Part shown: positions 8,541 to 17,599 of the stretch, in pieces
How the letters are laid out: every line of letters begins with the position of its first letter
Position numbering within the stretch: the stretch's first letter is position 1
NCBI GenBank assembly: GCA_944325585.1
Contig: CALVAS010000001.1
Span: 7,283 to 71,282 of the forward strand
Length of the DNA stretch: 64,000 bases
Source: Candidatus Gastranaerophilales bacterium
GTDB lineage: Bacteria; Cyanobacteriota; Vampirovibrionia; Gastranaerophilales; Gastranaerophilaceae
Reading direction: 5' to 3'
The notes under the pieces: generated by a model
Seen by the model: only the letters and a program-made list of their open reading frames with translations
What the model was told of the DNA's origin: nothing
Database searches by the model: none
Position numbers and translations under genes: made by a program

Positions 8541-8639
8541 AAGGGTGGTCTGCTATATTAAAACCATACTCCTTAGAGACTAAGATACACATATCCCTAA
8601 TCAACAGCTATGCACCTCAAGTACATAGCTTTTTTTTTT
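8541..8639 (+). ncRNA. Candidate sRNA ending in a strong intrinsic terminator
   Basis: Hairpin AGCTATG-N11-CATAGCT (8606..8630) plus T10. The 5' AAGGGTGG…CCCTAA resembles the 5' stem of the antisense sRNAs. The promoter is weak or unclear. Confidence 0.35.
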
Positions 8640-8734
8640 GCTTATCCGGAAATTTTTGTTTGATAAGAGCGGAGTTTTTTATAAAACTAATTTTGAGTGA
8701 TAAGAGACGCGTGGAAAAGTTTGGAATTTTATTA

Positions 8735-8762
8735 TTGACAAAAAGTATTGAGCGGATACAAT
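8735..8762 (+). promoter_or_regulatory. Promoter for tRNA-Ser (TTGACA-16-TACAAT)
   Basis: -35 at 8735..8740, -10 at 8757..8762, about 25 nt upstream of the tRNA. Confidence 0.55.
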
Positions 8763-8786
8763 AAAATTACATCTGATAAAACATTT

Positions 8787-8877
8787 GGAGGAGTGCCAGA
8801 GCGGTTTATCGGAGCGGTCTTGAAAACCGTCGTACGTGACGAGCGTACCGTGGGTTCGAATCCCACCTCCTCCTCCA
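8787..8877 (+). tRNA. tRNA-Ser (anticodon UGA), class II with long variable arm, CCA encoded
   Basis: Acceptor GGAGGAG/CTCCTCC. Anticodon loop CTTGAAA. Variable-arm hairpin GTACG…CGTAC. T arm GTGGGTTCGAATCCCAC. Confidence 0.9.
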
Positions 8878-8880
8878 TTT

Positions 8881-8907
8881 AAGCCACCTACTAAAGGTGG
8901 CTTTTTT
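8881..8907 (+). terminator. Intrinsic terminator after tRNA-Ser
   Basis: AAGCCACC-tactaaa-GGTGGCTT followed by TTTT. Confidence 0.7.
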
Positions 8908-9048
8908 AGTGCGTTTTAGGCATATGTGTATTGAAGTGAGTGTTTTGCGTATGACAGATGGTGCGATTATTTCGGGCAATCGGCTTGTGTTGCGGATTTC
9001 AGGGGTAGGAAATAATCAAACCAGTACCATAATTACTCTTTATTTATT

Positions 9049-9324
9049 CTAAAAATTTATTTTCATCTCGTTACCATCAAGATTATTAAATATAAATGTT
9101 ACATTTTGAATTTTGTCTAAATGTAATCCCATTGCAAGAATTCTTATGTTTTCTCCTTTTTTTATTGTATAGTTTTTAGGAAAGTCATATAGATAAGGGG
9201 TTTGTTCCCTGGTACTTTTGAAACCGTGGTAATCATCAATAAATGGAATATATGTCTGCCAGTATTTCAGGTTTCTTACATTAACTCTTGTCCAGTGACT
9301 CTTTCTTGTTATATTTTTGTTTGC
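9049..9324 (-). pseudogene. 91-codon open frame without a usable start, in frame with the upstream gene
   Basis: It follows the TAA of ORF 9334..10080 as TAA-ATT-TTG-TAA and then stays open to TAG 9051..9049. The first in-frame ATG leaves only 27 codons. The sequence looks protein-like and beta-rich (…KYWQTYIPFIDDYHGF…FIFNNLDGNEMKINF). Confidence 0.35.
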
Positions 9325-9333
9325 TTACAAAAT

Positions 9334-10080
9334 TTAAAAAACAAATTCAAACACAATTCCATAAATCTTTTTAGCAGAATAGTTGCTTATGACATACAGA
9401 GCTGAGTCATATTTGGAGCTGTCTACGGGAATTGTTTTCATTATTACACCTTCAACATTCGTAATCTCGTTTTTTATATTTTTAAGCACATTTACTCCTT
9501 GTTGGCTTGAGTTATTATTTTTTTGATTAAAAAAGAGTTCCGTCGTTAATTCTCCCTGTTTGAAAGGGTCTGTTACATGAGTTATTTTTAAGGACTTAAT
9601 ACCCTGCGGAAGATTAAATCTAATAGAATCAAATGTTCTTTTTTCAATAGAGGTGTCATATATTAAAAGATATTTCGAATTTGGGCAATAATGTATTTCA
9701 TTTAGGCTTAATGCTTTTTTCAGGTACGGGTAATTTTTGTTTATTCTTGCATAAAACTCTGCATTAGGATTACGTTCAATGCAGAACGGTACAAGCGGGT
9801 CTGCGGAACCTCTTATACAGCCTGCAGTAAGGTTTTGCTCCAGCTTTCTTTTATAAAGCCAGCCTGCAAGTCCTAAAACAGCCGTGCCGCCTATTGACCC
9901 GAGAGTTATTGCCGTAACAGCTCCCCCTGATAAACCATCATCTCCATTGTGATTATTTTCTCCGGATGCTGCCGGGTTATCATTTATTGCAAATACGAAT
10001 GTCGGCTGTCCCACGCGTGCATATGATAACGGTGCTGTAAATGTGATAATTATAAATAATGATATTATTTTTTTTAACAT
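9334..10080 (-). CDS. Hypothetical exported/membrane protein (248 aa)
   Basis: N-terminal signal peptide MLKKIISLFIIITFTAPLSYA, then a Gly-rich hydrophobic segment. Ends …FEFVF. Confidence 0.5.
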   Translation of the reverse strand: MLKKIISLFIIITFTAPLSYARVGQPTFVFAINDNPAASGENNHNGDDGLSGGAVTAITLGSIGGTAVLGLAGWLYKRKLEQNLTAGCIRGSADPLVPFCIERNPNAEFYARINKNYPYLKKALSLNEIHYCPNSKYLLIYDTSIEKRTFDSIRFNLPQGIKSLKITHVTDPFKQGELTTELFFNQKNNNSSQQGVNVLKNIKNEITNVEGVIMKTIPVDSSKYDSALYVISNYSAKKIYGIVFEFVF

Positions 10081-10082
10081 AT

Positions 10083-10559
10083 CTAAACTCGTCCAAGCGT
10101 AATAACTAAATGTGCTCTATATGTAGTACAAACTGTTGTATCATGGGCAAGTACTTTTGGGGTAAAAAAATCCGTTTCAACTTTATCATGTGGATTATTA
10201 ATAGTATAAGAAGATGGACTGACAGATAAATCTTCATTACTCATAGGATATCTGCCGCATGTACTGCAGCAGCTTTCCATTTTTGCGCTAACCTGAATAG
10301 GATCTGATAAATTCGTGGTTATTCTTACTGAAAACGGGCTGAGACAGAGTCTGTAGCATTTTTCATTCACGTATTCCGTACTTCTTATTTCCACATTTTT
10401 TAGTTCCTCATCTTTATCGTATTCCGCATTTTCAACAATAATTTTTTCTATATGTAAAACCTCGGGCACGCCGGCTTGTATAACCTGTGAAGCCTGATTC
10501 TCTGCAAATACGCTTGAACTGGTAAATAGAATTATGATAATTAATATAAATTTTTTCAT
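10083..10559 (-). CDS. Hypothetical secreted Cys-containing protein (158 aa)
   Basis: Signal peptide MKKFILIIIILFTSSSVFA. Sits 3 nt upstream of the next ORF, so probably an operon. Confidence 0.5.
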   Translation of the reverse strand: MKKFILIIIILFTSSSVFAENQASQVIQAGVPEVLHIEKIIVENAEYDKDEELKNVEIRSTEYVNEKCYRLCLSPFSVRITTNLSDPIQVSAKMESCCSTCGRYPMSNEDLSVSPSSYTINNPHDKVETDFFTPKVLAHDTTVCTTYRAHLVITLGRV

Positions 10560-10671
10560 TTCAATAGAACTATATTAAGTAACCAATAAAATATAAATTC
10601 CCTAACAGGCTATTTAGCAAATTATCATACTGTTTTATGCATACATCTATTTTTTTATTTAAAAAGAAATT

Positions 10672-11046
10672 TTATAAATTAATAGACTTGAGGATTTCAT
10701 TTGGAATGAAAATTGCCACAAAAGGCAGGACAAAAGCATTATCTTTTAATTGAAAATTGTCCAGTTCAGGAACTTTTATCCCCAGATAGTTTGCACTGAC
10801 ACTGAAGGACGGAAGTTCTTTCCCGAGAGAATATTTTGTCTGCTGGCGGTATTGCTCGACAACCTGTCCGGCTTTTTTTAAATCGTGGTTGTTATCAAGA
10901 GCCTGCTGTATATAACAGTTCAAATTTTCGTCATTAAATTTTTTGAAAAAATCAATATTTAATTCCTGAATGTCAACCGCAAAACAGCTTTGCGACGTAA
11001 ACAGCAAAACAACGATAAGGAGCAGTTTTTTAACCATCATTTGCAC
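10672..11046 (-). pseudogene. TolC-family outer-membrane efflux protein, N-terminal 124 aa only (truncated)
   Basis: Signal peptide, then …YIQQALDNNHDLKKAGQVVEQYRQQ…LPSFSVSANYLG…, the typical OMF first-repeat start. Full-length OMFs are about 420-480 aa, and no continuation exists in any frame downstream. Confidence 0.55.
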
Positions 11047-11665
11047 CCTCCTTTATAACAGCATTAATATAAAGTTTTACATTTTCTTTTATAATTTTAA
11101 TATCCTCTTCACAGAAATCCTCCTGCCCCAGAGGTCTGAGTGAAAATGCCGGCAAGATCCTTGGAGAATTCACCTGCGACAGCATAAAAAGAGTTTTTAA
11201 AATAACAAGTCTGTCATTAACATCTTTATTTAACACTCTTGCAACTACGGCTCTCATATAATCAAGAACCGGAGATTTGACTATAAAATCAGGCTTTTGC
11301 TGTTCTTTTAACAGCAGAACAATCAAATTAGAGGAAATATTTGTATAGAAAAAGTCAACAAATTTTTCCGATATAGTCAATAACAAATCAGCGCATTCAT
11401 CAACGCTCATACTTTTGGGGTCTTTATTTAAATCAAGAAAATTTTTGGAATATTCAAGCTGTTTTTCAAGCAGGTCTTCAATAATTCCCTGATAAAGCTC
11501 CTGTTTCCCGCCCCAGTAGTATGAAATCATACACAAATTTACATTTGCTTCTTTGCAGATTTCCCTGATGCTTGTTCCGTCAAAGCCTTTGCGGGCAAAA
11601 AGAGCCGTTGCGGCTTCCAGAATTCTTGCCTTTGAATTTTCATCTTTATTAACCTGAATAACCAT
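11030..11665 (-). CDS. TetR/AcrR-family transcriptional regulator
   Basis: ARILEAATALFARKGFDGTSIREICKEANVN is the TetR N-terminal HTH. Start taken at MVIQVNK (ATG 11665). Confidence 0.85.
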   Translation of the reverse strand: MVIQVNKDENSKARILEAATALFARKGFDGTSIREICKEANVNLCMISYYWGGKQELYQGIIEDLLEKQLEYSKNFLDLNKDPKSMSVDECADLLLTISEKFVDFFYTNISSNLIVLLLKEQQKPDFIVKSPVLDYMRAVVARVLNKDVNDRLVILKTLFMLSQVNSPRILPAFSLRPLGQEDFCEEDIKIIKENVKLYINAVIKEGANDG

Positions 11666-11680
11666 ATCACAAATATAAAA

Positions 11681-11690
11681 CAAACGTTTG
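11681..11690. promoter_or_regulatory. Perfect 10-bp palindrome CAAACGTTTG upstream of the tetR start (operator candidate)
   Basis: Lies 16 nt upstream of ATG 11665. Confidence 0.35.
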
Positions 11691-11807
11691 ATTATGTCAA
11701 GAAAATTTTACAAATCCGTACGCGGCAGTTGTAAAAAATAAGATGTCCAAATAGACAATTAGAATTTTTCATTGTATATTTTTATTAAAATTAAATACAA
11801 AAATTTT

Positions 11808-11890
11808 CTAGGGTTCCGCGGTTTTGCCGGCTGGTCCGAGAGAAAATTCACAAAAATTTTGTGTACACGGAAGGATAAAAACCTGGGAGA
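11808..11890 (+). promoter_or_regulatory. Guanidine-I riboswitch (ykkC-yxkD class, subtype 1)
   Basis: CTAGGGTTCCG…GGCTGGTCCGAGAG…ACACGGAAGGATAAAAACCTGGGAGA matches the ykkC consensus blocks. A Gdx/SugE gene follows. Confidence 0.85.
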
Positions 11891-11916
11891 TAATTTTATC
11901 TCTCAGGTTTTTTATA
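11882..11916 (+). terminator. Riboswitch expression-platform terminator
   Basis: CCTGGGAGAT-aatttt-ATCTCTCAGG plus T6. The 5' arm overlaps the aptamer 3' block, which predicts an ON switch. Confidence 0.75.
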
Positions 11917-11944
11917 AAAGGTTTAAATGAAAGGAGATAAACTA

Positions 11945-12262
11945 ATGCATTGGATATATTTGCTTATTGCAGGATTGTTTGAAATAAGCTGGGCTGTCGG
12001 ATTGAAATTTTCACACGGTTTTACTCAAATTGTCCCTTCTGTTTTAACCGTAATCGGCATGATTGCAAGTTTTTATTTTCTCTCGCTTGCGCTTAAACAT
12101 CTGCCTCTCGGCACGGCTTATGCTATTTGGACAGGAATCGGAACTCTCGGAACCGTAATTTTTGGGATTATTCTGTTTAAAGAACCTGTTACGGCCTTGC
12201 GGCTTTTATGTATTGCGCTGATAATTTCCGGTATTACGGGATTAAAATTACTCTCTCATTAA
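11945..12262 (+). CDS. sugE: SMR-family guanidinium exporter Gdx/SugE
   Basis: MHWIYLLIAGLFEISWAVGLK… with four TM segments. AAGGAG SD 8 nt before ATG 11945. Confidence 0.85.
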   Translation: MHWIYLLIAGLFEISWAVGLKFSHGFTQIVPSVLTVIGMIASFYFLSLALKHLPLGTAYAIWTGIGTLGTVIFGIILFKEPVTALRLLCIALIISGITGLKLLSH

Positions 12263-12341
12263 GCGTAAAGTTCTTATTATAGGCTCTGAACGGCCGTGTC
12301 ATGGGATAATTGAAAAAATAATTTTTACCAGTAGTAATTTT

Positions 12342-12379
12342 AAATTTTCTTGTGCTATAATTACATCACAAGAAAATTT
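12342..12379. promoter_or_regulatory. 13-bp inverted repeat straddling a TATAAT box (MarR operator candidate)
   Basis: AAATTTTCTTGTG (12342..12354), cTATAATtacat, then CACAAGAAAATTT (12367..12379), upstream of marR-emrAB. Confidence 0.55.
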
Positions 12380-12405
12380 TTTAAATATACATTAGGAAAC
12401 CAAAT

Positions 12406-12864
12406 ATGTACAGAGAATACTTAAAGGGCAGAATCGGCTCGTTAATTTATATAACAGGTACGTTGATACGCGGATTTTCGTCTCAAACTTTCACAGAAAA
12501 AGGTTTTGATTTGACTCCGGATCAGTATGTTATCTTAAACCTTCTTCTTGAAAACGAGGAAATAATGTATCAAAGACAGCTTGCAGAAATCACATTTAAG
12601 GACAGAGCAAACATCTCAAGAATAATTGATATTATGCAGCACAAAGGATTTATCGAAAAAATACCCGATTCAAACGGCAGAAAAATATATAAACTGGTGG
12701 TGACCGAAAAGGGTAAAAAAGCAAGAGATATGGTATTTCCGGCAGATATATATTTGAGAGAAATGATAACAAAAGATATTTCAGAAGAAGATCTTGCCGT
12801 TACATTTTGCACGCTGGAAAAAATGAATATGAATATAAGAGATAAAGTTAAATTACAAATATAA
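12406..12864 (+). CDS. MarR-family transcriptional regulator
   Basis: Winged-helix pattern …LTPDQYVILNLL…QRQLAEITFKDRANISRIIDIMQHKGFIEK…. Confidence 0.8.
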   Translation: MYREYLKGRIGSLIYITGTLIRGFSSQTFTEKGFDLTPDQYVILNLLLENEEIMYQRQLAEITFKDRANISRIIDIMQHKGFIEKIPDSNGRKIYKLVVTEKGKKARDMVFPADIYLREMITKDISEEDLAVTFCTLEKMNMNIRDKVKLQI

Positions 12865-12884
12865 AAATAAAAGGAGATAAAAAA

Positions 12885-13865
12885 GTGGAAGAAAAACATG
12901 CCGAAGATATAGTGGAAATTGAAGATACACGCCCCGAATATATGAAAAAGAGAGTCGTTGTGCCATGTATAACAGCAATAATCTTTTTGATATGCGGAAT
13001 ATTTTATGCGGTTCACACGGTTTATTATAAATCAACGGACGACGCCTTTATTGAAGGTCATGTAATAACTGTTGCTCCAAGAGTTGCGGGGCCTGTGTTA
13101 AATTTGAATATAGAAGATAATCAGGAGGTTAAAAAGGGTGATTTATTACTTGAAATCGACCCGAAAGATTATGAGGCGAAACTCAAGGAAACCCGAGCCA
13201 AACTTGATGAGGCGAAAGCAGCTCTTATAAATACGGAAAATCAGGTTACAAAAACTTTATCCGATTTGGATTTTGCACAGGCGGATTTTGACAGATATTC
13301 TCAGATGTATGACAGGGGGATCTCTTCAAAGCAGGAGTATGACGCAAGTTTGAATAAATTAACCGCAGCCCAGTCAAACAGCAGATCCGCAAAAGCCAGA
13401 TATAACGAGATAGAATCTTCCATAAAAAGACTGGAAGCGGAAGTCGAACAGGATGAGTTAAATCTTTCATACACAAAAATATACGCCGCATCAGACGGAA
13501 AAATTACAAACAGATCTGTTGAACAGGGAAATTATGTTCAGGTTGCGCAGCCGATGTTTGCAATTGTTCCGGAGAAAATGTGGATAGTTGCAAACTTTAA
13601 AGAAACACAGCTTGCGAATATGAAACCGGGACAGCCTGTAAAAATAAAAATCGACACTTACGGCGGAAAGAAATTTGTAGGAGAAGTTGACAGTATTCAG
13701 CGTTCAACCGGCGCAAGAGCAAGTCTTTTTCCTCCTGAAAATGCAGTCGGAAGTTATGTAAAAATCGTACAGAGAGTTCCGGTGAAAATAGTTTTTAAAG
13801 AAGATATTTCAAAATACAATATAGTTCCCGGAATGTCAGTTGTTCCGGAGGTTAAGGTTAAATAA
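12885..13865 (+). CDS. HlyD/EmrA-family membrane fusion protein
   Basis: N-terminal TM, coiled-coil region and C-terminal beta-barrel (…YVKIVQRVPVKI…). GTG start after an AAGGAG SD. Confidence 0.8.
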   Translation: MEEKHAEDIVEIEDTRPEYMKKRVVVPCITAIIFLICGIFYAVHTVYYKSTDDAFIEGHVITVAPRVAGPVLNLNIEDNQEVKKGDLLLEIDPKDYEAKLKETRAKLDEAKAALINTENQVTKTLSDLDFAQADFDRYSQMYDRGISSKQEYDASLNKLTAAQSNSRSAKARYNEIESSIKRLEAEVEQDELNLSYTKIYAASDGKITNRSVEQGNYVQVAQPMFAIVPEKMWIVANFKETQLANMKPGQPVKIKIDTYGGKKFVGEVDSIQRSTGARASLFPPENAVGSYVKIVQRVPVKIVFKEDISKYNIVPGMSVVPEVKVK

Positions 13866-15409
13866 TGACTAAATATGTTTATAAACATACGCCGGCGCCT
13901 CTCTGGCTTGTCGCGTTTTCAATACTTTTGCCCACATCATTTGCATGTCTTGCGACTTCTGCCACAAACGTTGCAATCCCGCATATTTCCGGATATTTCG
14001 GTTCAACAATTGACGAGGCAAACTGGATAATTACATCTTATATGATTGCAAATTCATGTTTGATTTTGATGTCAGGCTGGCTTGAAAATTTGCTTGGCAG
14101 AAAGCGATTTTTAAAAGTATTTATCGGAATTTTCACACTTGGTTCACTAATCTGCGCAATTGCTCCAAACCTTAACTTGATGGTGCTTGGCCGATTAATT
14201 CAAGGTATCGGCGGAGGGCCTATGACACCGGTTTCACAGGCTATTCTTCTTGCCGCTTTTCCGAAGGACAAACGCGGAATTGCGATGAGTTTGTACGGAA
14301 TTGCAGTTATGGTTTTTGCAATTCTCGGGCCGACATTCGGGGGATTTATTGTGGATAACGCCGACTGGCAGTGGATTTATCTTGTAAATATTCCAGTCGG
14401 AATCCTTTCGATTTCAATGGTTCATGCAAATATTGAGGAGTTGGAAACAAGAAAAGAAGTTAAAAAAACAGATTTTCTCGGGATGATTTCTCTTGTTTTA
14501 TGGCTATTATCAATGCAGGTCGTTCTGGATAAAGGCCAGCAGTACAACTGGTTTGACTGTGCATGGATAAGCTGGCTTGCAGGATTTTCAGTCTGTATGC
14601 TTGTGTTTTTCGTTATACGTGAACTGGAAAGCAGTGCCCCGTTGATTAATCTGAGGTTATTTAAAGACAAAAACTTTTTAATCGGAACGATTTTGAGTGC
14701 ATCTGTCAATATGCTTGTGTTTTCAAGTATTGTTCTTATTCCTCAGTTTTTGCAAAATATGATGGGATATACGGCAATTTTGAGCGGTTATGCGCTTGCT
14801 CCGCGTATTATATCATGTGTATTGATGATGCTTGTCATAAACTCTTTAATGAAAATTTTTGACAACAGAATTTTAATTGCAATCGGATTTTTCTTTCTGG
14901 GAATTTCTATTTTATTCTTTATAAATTTAAACTTAAGCGTGTCATTTATTTATATTGCAATTCCTCAAGTGCTTATGGGTGTTGGGGTTATTCTTGTCTT
15001 TATACCTGTATCGGCACTTGTTCTCGGAACATTGCCAAAGTCTGAATTGACAAACGGCTCAAGCTTTCACAACTTGTGCAAAAGTACAATGACTGCAATT
15101 ATAGCGTCAGTTGCATCAACACTTGTTGCAAGACACAGCCAGATGCATCAGGTTTATCTGGTAGATAATCTGTCAAATTTTAATCTGGTATTTCAACAAA
15201 AAATGGCGGCTCTTGTGGGAACGTTTATGTCAAACGCATCAAGCACATTTGCAACAGTAAAGGCGAATTCATACCTTTACAAATCTCTTTTAACGCAGTC
15301 GCGTTTGATGGCTTATGTTGATGTATTTTCAATTTTTGCGCTGATTGCATTTCTGTTAATCCCGCTTGCTTTCTTCTTTAAAACGGAATATAAACAAAGC
15401 AAGGCATAA
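13865..15409 (+). CDS. EmrB/QacA-family (DHA2, 14-TMS) MFS efflux transporter
   Basis: …GWLENLLGRKR… and GRLIQGIGGGPM motifs. Start overlaps the emrA stop (TAATG). Confidence 0.85.
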   Translation: MTKYVYKHTPAPLWLVAFSILLPTSFACLATSATNVAIPHISGYFGSTIDEANWIITSYMIANSCLILMSGWLENLLGRKRFLKVFIGIFTLGSLICAIAPNLNLMVLGRLIQGIGGGPMTPVSQAILLAAFPKDKRGIAMSLYGIAVMVFAILGPTFGGFIVDNADWQWIYLVNIPVGILSISMVHANIEELETRKEVKKTDFLGMISLVLWLLSMQVVLDKGQQYNWFDCAWISWLAGFSVCMLVFFVIRELESSAPLINLRLFKDKNFLIGTILSASVNMLVFSSIVLIPQFLQNMMGYTAILSGYALAPRIISCVLMMLVINSLMKIFDNRILIAIGFFFLGISILFFINLNLSVSFIYIAIPQVLMGVGVILVFIPVSALVLGTLPKSELTNGSSFHNLCKSTMTAIIASVASTLVARHSQMHQVYLVDNLSNFNLVFQQKMAALVGTFMSNASSTFATVKANSYLYKSLLTQSRLMAYVDVFSIFALIAFLLIPLAFFFKTEYKQSKA

Positions 15410-15473
15410 TAAGAAATTTTATGTATAATTTTTTTGTAATAAAATCAGATTAGCGGAAAATTCGGAGTAAATT

Positions 15474-16364
15474 ATGCAAAAAATTAAAATAACAAAAATG
15501 CAGGGTTTGGGAAATGATTTTGTGATTCTGGACTTTGAAGAGTATAAAAAAACGGGAATTTCAATGTCTGAGCTGGCCGTCAAACTCTGTGACAGACATT
15601 TTGGAGCCGGTGCTGACGGAATGATAATACCTTTTGTCAAAGGTATGGAAACAGAGCAAAGTTCAAATGCTTCACCGTATGAGACACTTTTTGCGGAAGG
15701 TTTGCAAACGGATATCGGCTGGTATTTTTACAATTCAGACGGCTCAACCGCCCAGATGTGCGGAAACGGAATGAGATGTTTTGCAAAATACGTTTATGAC
15801 AGAGGACTTGTAAATAAAAAGCAATTTTCCGTTCAAACTCTTGCAGGCGTTATAAAACCTGAACTTCTTGATAACGGCTTGGTGAAAGTTGATATGGGTG
15901 CGCCGATTTTGGAAGATGAAAAAATTCCGTTTAAAGGCTCAAGAAAATTGAAAGTTGCTGACAGAGAATTTGATATTTTTCCTGTGTCAATGGGCAACCC
16001 GCACTGTGTAATTTTTACGGATGAAGATACCCTAAAATTGGCAGAAACTTACGGGCCTTTGATTGAAAAGCACGAATATTTCCCCGAAAAAACGAACACG
16101 GAATTTGTAAAAGTTCTGTCACGCACTGAAGTTGAAATGCGTGTTTTTGAACGCGGCTGCGGGATTACTCTTGCCTGCGGAACAGGAGCCTGCGCAACGG
16201 TTGTTGCATCTGTTTTAAATAACTTAACAGAAAATAAAGTGAAAGTTAATCTTCTTGGCGGCTCCGTAATCATTGAATGGCGCGGGTTAAGGGAAAATTT
16301 ATCCGAACATGTTTTTATGACCGGATGTGCGGATTATAGTTTTTTTGCCGATTACATCTTGTAA
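15474..16364 (+). CDS. dapF: Diaminopimelate epimerase
   Basis: MQGLGNDFVILD, MCGNG, GNPHCV and ACGTGACA motifs. Confidence 0.9.
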   Translation: MQKIKITKMQGLGNDFVILDFEEYKKTGISMSELAVKLCDRHFGAGADGMIIPFVKGMETEQSSNASPYETLFAEGLQTDIGWYFYNSDGSTAQMCGNGMRCFAKYVYDRGLVNKKQFSVQTLAGVIKPELLDNGLVKVDMGAPILEDEKIPFKGSRKLKVADREFDIFPVSMGNPHCVIFTDEDTLKLAETYGPLIEKHEYFPEKTNTEFVKVLSRTEVEMRVFERGCGITLACGTGACATVVASVLNNLTENKVKVNLLGGSVIIEWRGLRENLSEHVFMTGCADYSFFADYIL

Positions 16365-16430
16365 AAAATTGTATTTCCATGATATTATTGCTTTACAGCC
16401 TAAATATAAATATAAAAGGAGAAATAAAAT

Positions 16431-16733
16431 ATGAAAACTTATGAATTATTAGCTGTATTTAAACCGAATTTAGATGCAGAAGAAGTGGATAAACAAATCG
16501 CAAGTCTTAACGAAATCATCACAGGATTTGGCGGAAATGTTGAATCTACAGACAAAACAGGCAGAAAAAAACTTGCTTATGATATTCAAAATTTCCGTGA
16601 CGGATTTTTTGTAACAATGATTCTGGCATTGCCTGCTGACAAAGTTGCAGAATTTAAGAGACAGTTGAGATTAAACGACAATCTTTTAAGAACTATGTTT
16701 ATGGAAGTTTCCCAAAAACAACTTTGCAAATAG
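16431..16733 (+). CDS. rpsF: 30S ribosomal protein S6
   Basis: MKTYELLAVFKPNLD…GRKKLAYDI; rpsF-ssb-rpsR synteny. Confidence 0.9.
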   Translation: MKTYELLAVFKPNLDAEEVDKQIASLNEIITGFGGNVESTDKTGRKKLAYDIQNFRDGFFVTMILALPADKVAEFKRQLRLNDNLLRTMFMEVSQKQLCK

Positions 16734-16773
16734 TGTGATTTTGTCACAGAATTATTAAAAAAGAGGAAAACAA

Positions 16774-17175
16774 ATGTCATTAGCAAAATCAGTCGTAACA
16801 GGAACAGTTTACAGAACACCCGAAAAACGTTTTACACAGAACAATGTCGGGGTTTCAGCGTTTGTGATGAATATCGGCGACAGAGACGAAATGTTAATCC
16901 GTGTAATTTCAAAACGCAATTCGCTGGATGAACTTGTTTCATCACTCAACAAAGGCGATAAAGTTCTTGTTGAAGGGCGTCTTCAAACCGCAGCGGTCAA
17001 AATGGACGACGGAACAGAAAAAAGAATTTATGAAATTGATGCCAATACAATCGAAAGATGGGGTGAAATTTCATCATCTTCAGGAAGTTCTGATTTGGGC
17101 GGTGAAGATATCGTTAAATTTGAATCTGACGATATGTCTAACGAATTGATTAATGAAGACGAAATTCCGTTCTAA
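16774..17175 (+). CDS. ssb: Single-stranded DNA-binding protein
   Basis: OB-fold N-terminus, acidic tail ending DEIPF, located between rpsF and rpsR. Confidence 0.85.
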   Translation: MSLAKSVVTGTVYRTPEKRFTQNNVGVSAFVMNIGDRDEMLIRVISKRNSLDELVSSLNKGDKVLVEGRLQTAAVKMDDGTEKRIYEIDANTIERWGEISSSSGSSDLGGEDIVKFESDDMSNELINEDEIPF

Positions 17176-17284
17176 AAAGATTAAAATCGAGCCGTGCGCA
17201 CAAAGACGCCGCGGATTATAAACACTTAAAACACAAAACAGGTCGAGCGCGCAAGCGCAAAATAGAAAGGTAAAACAAAAAACA

Positions 17285-17515
17285 ATGGCAAGACAGGAAC
17301 AAGACAAGAAAAAACGTAAAAATTGTTCACTCTGTGCAGATAAAGTAACTTCTATCGATTATAAAGATGCTGCAAAATTAAAAAGATACTTAACAGAAGC
17401 AGGCAAAATTATTCCGAGAAGAATTACCGGAAACTGTGCAGAACACCAGCGCATGATTGCAAAAGCAATTAAACGTGCCCGTGAAGCAGCAATTATTGAT
17501 TACGTTTTTGACTAA
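17285..17515 (+). CDS. rpsR: 30S ribosomal protein S18
   Basis: …[26 protein letters not shown]…[13 protein letters not shown]. Confidence 0.9.
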   Translation: MARQEQDKKKRKNCSLCADKVTSIDYKDAAKLKRYLTEAGKIIPRRITGNCAEHQRMIAKAIKRAREAAIIDYVFD

Positions 17516-17552
17516 TGAAATGTATCAGGAAAAATTCTTGAATTAAAGAATA

Positions 17553-17585
17553 ACAGAAACGACCGGCGAAGCCGGTCGTTTCTGT
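17553..17585. terminator. Bidirectional hairpin between rpsR and ferritin
   Basis: ACAGAAACGACCGGC-gaa-GCCGGTCGTTTCTGT (15-bp stem). Confidence 0.65.
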
Positions 17586-17599
17586 TTATAAAAAATTAC

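Noticed and set aside
8878-9048. Searched for a direct repeat of the tRNA-Ser 3' end (att-like) and for an integrase downstream. I did the same for the ssrA 3' end across 52136..55200.
   Set aside because: I found neither a repeat nor a recombinase, so the island interpretation stays an inference only.
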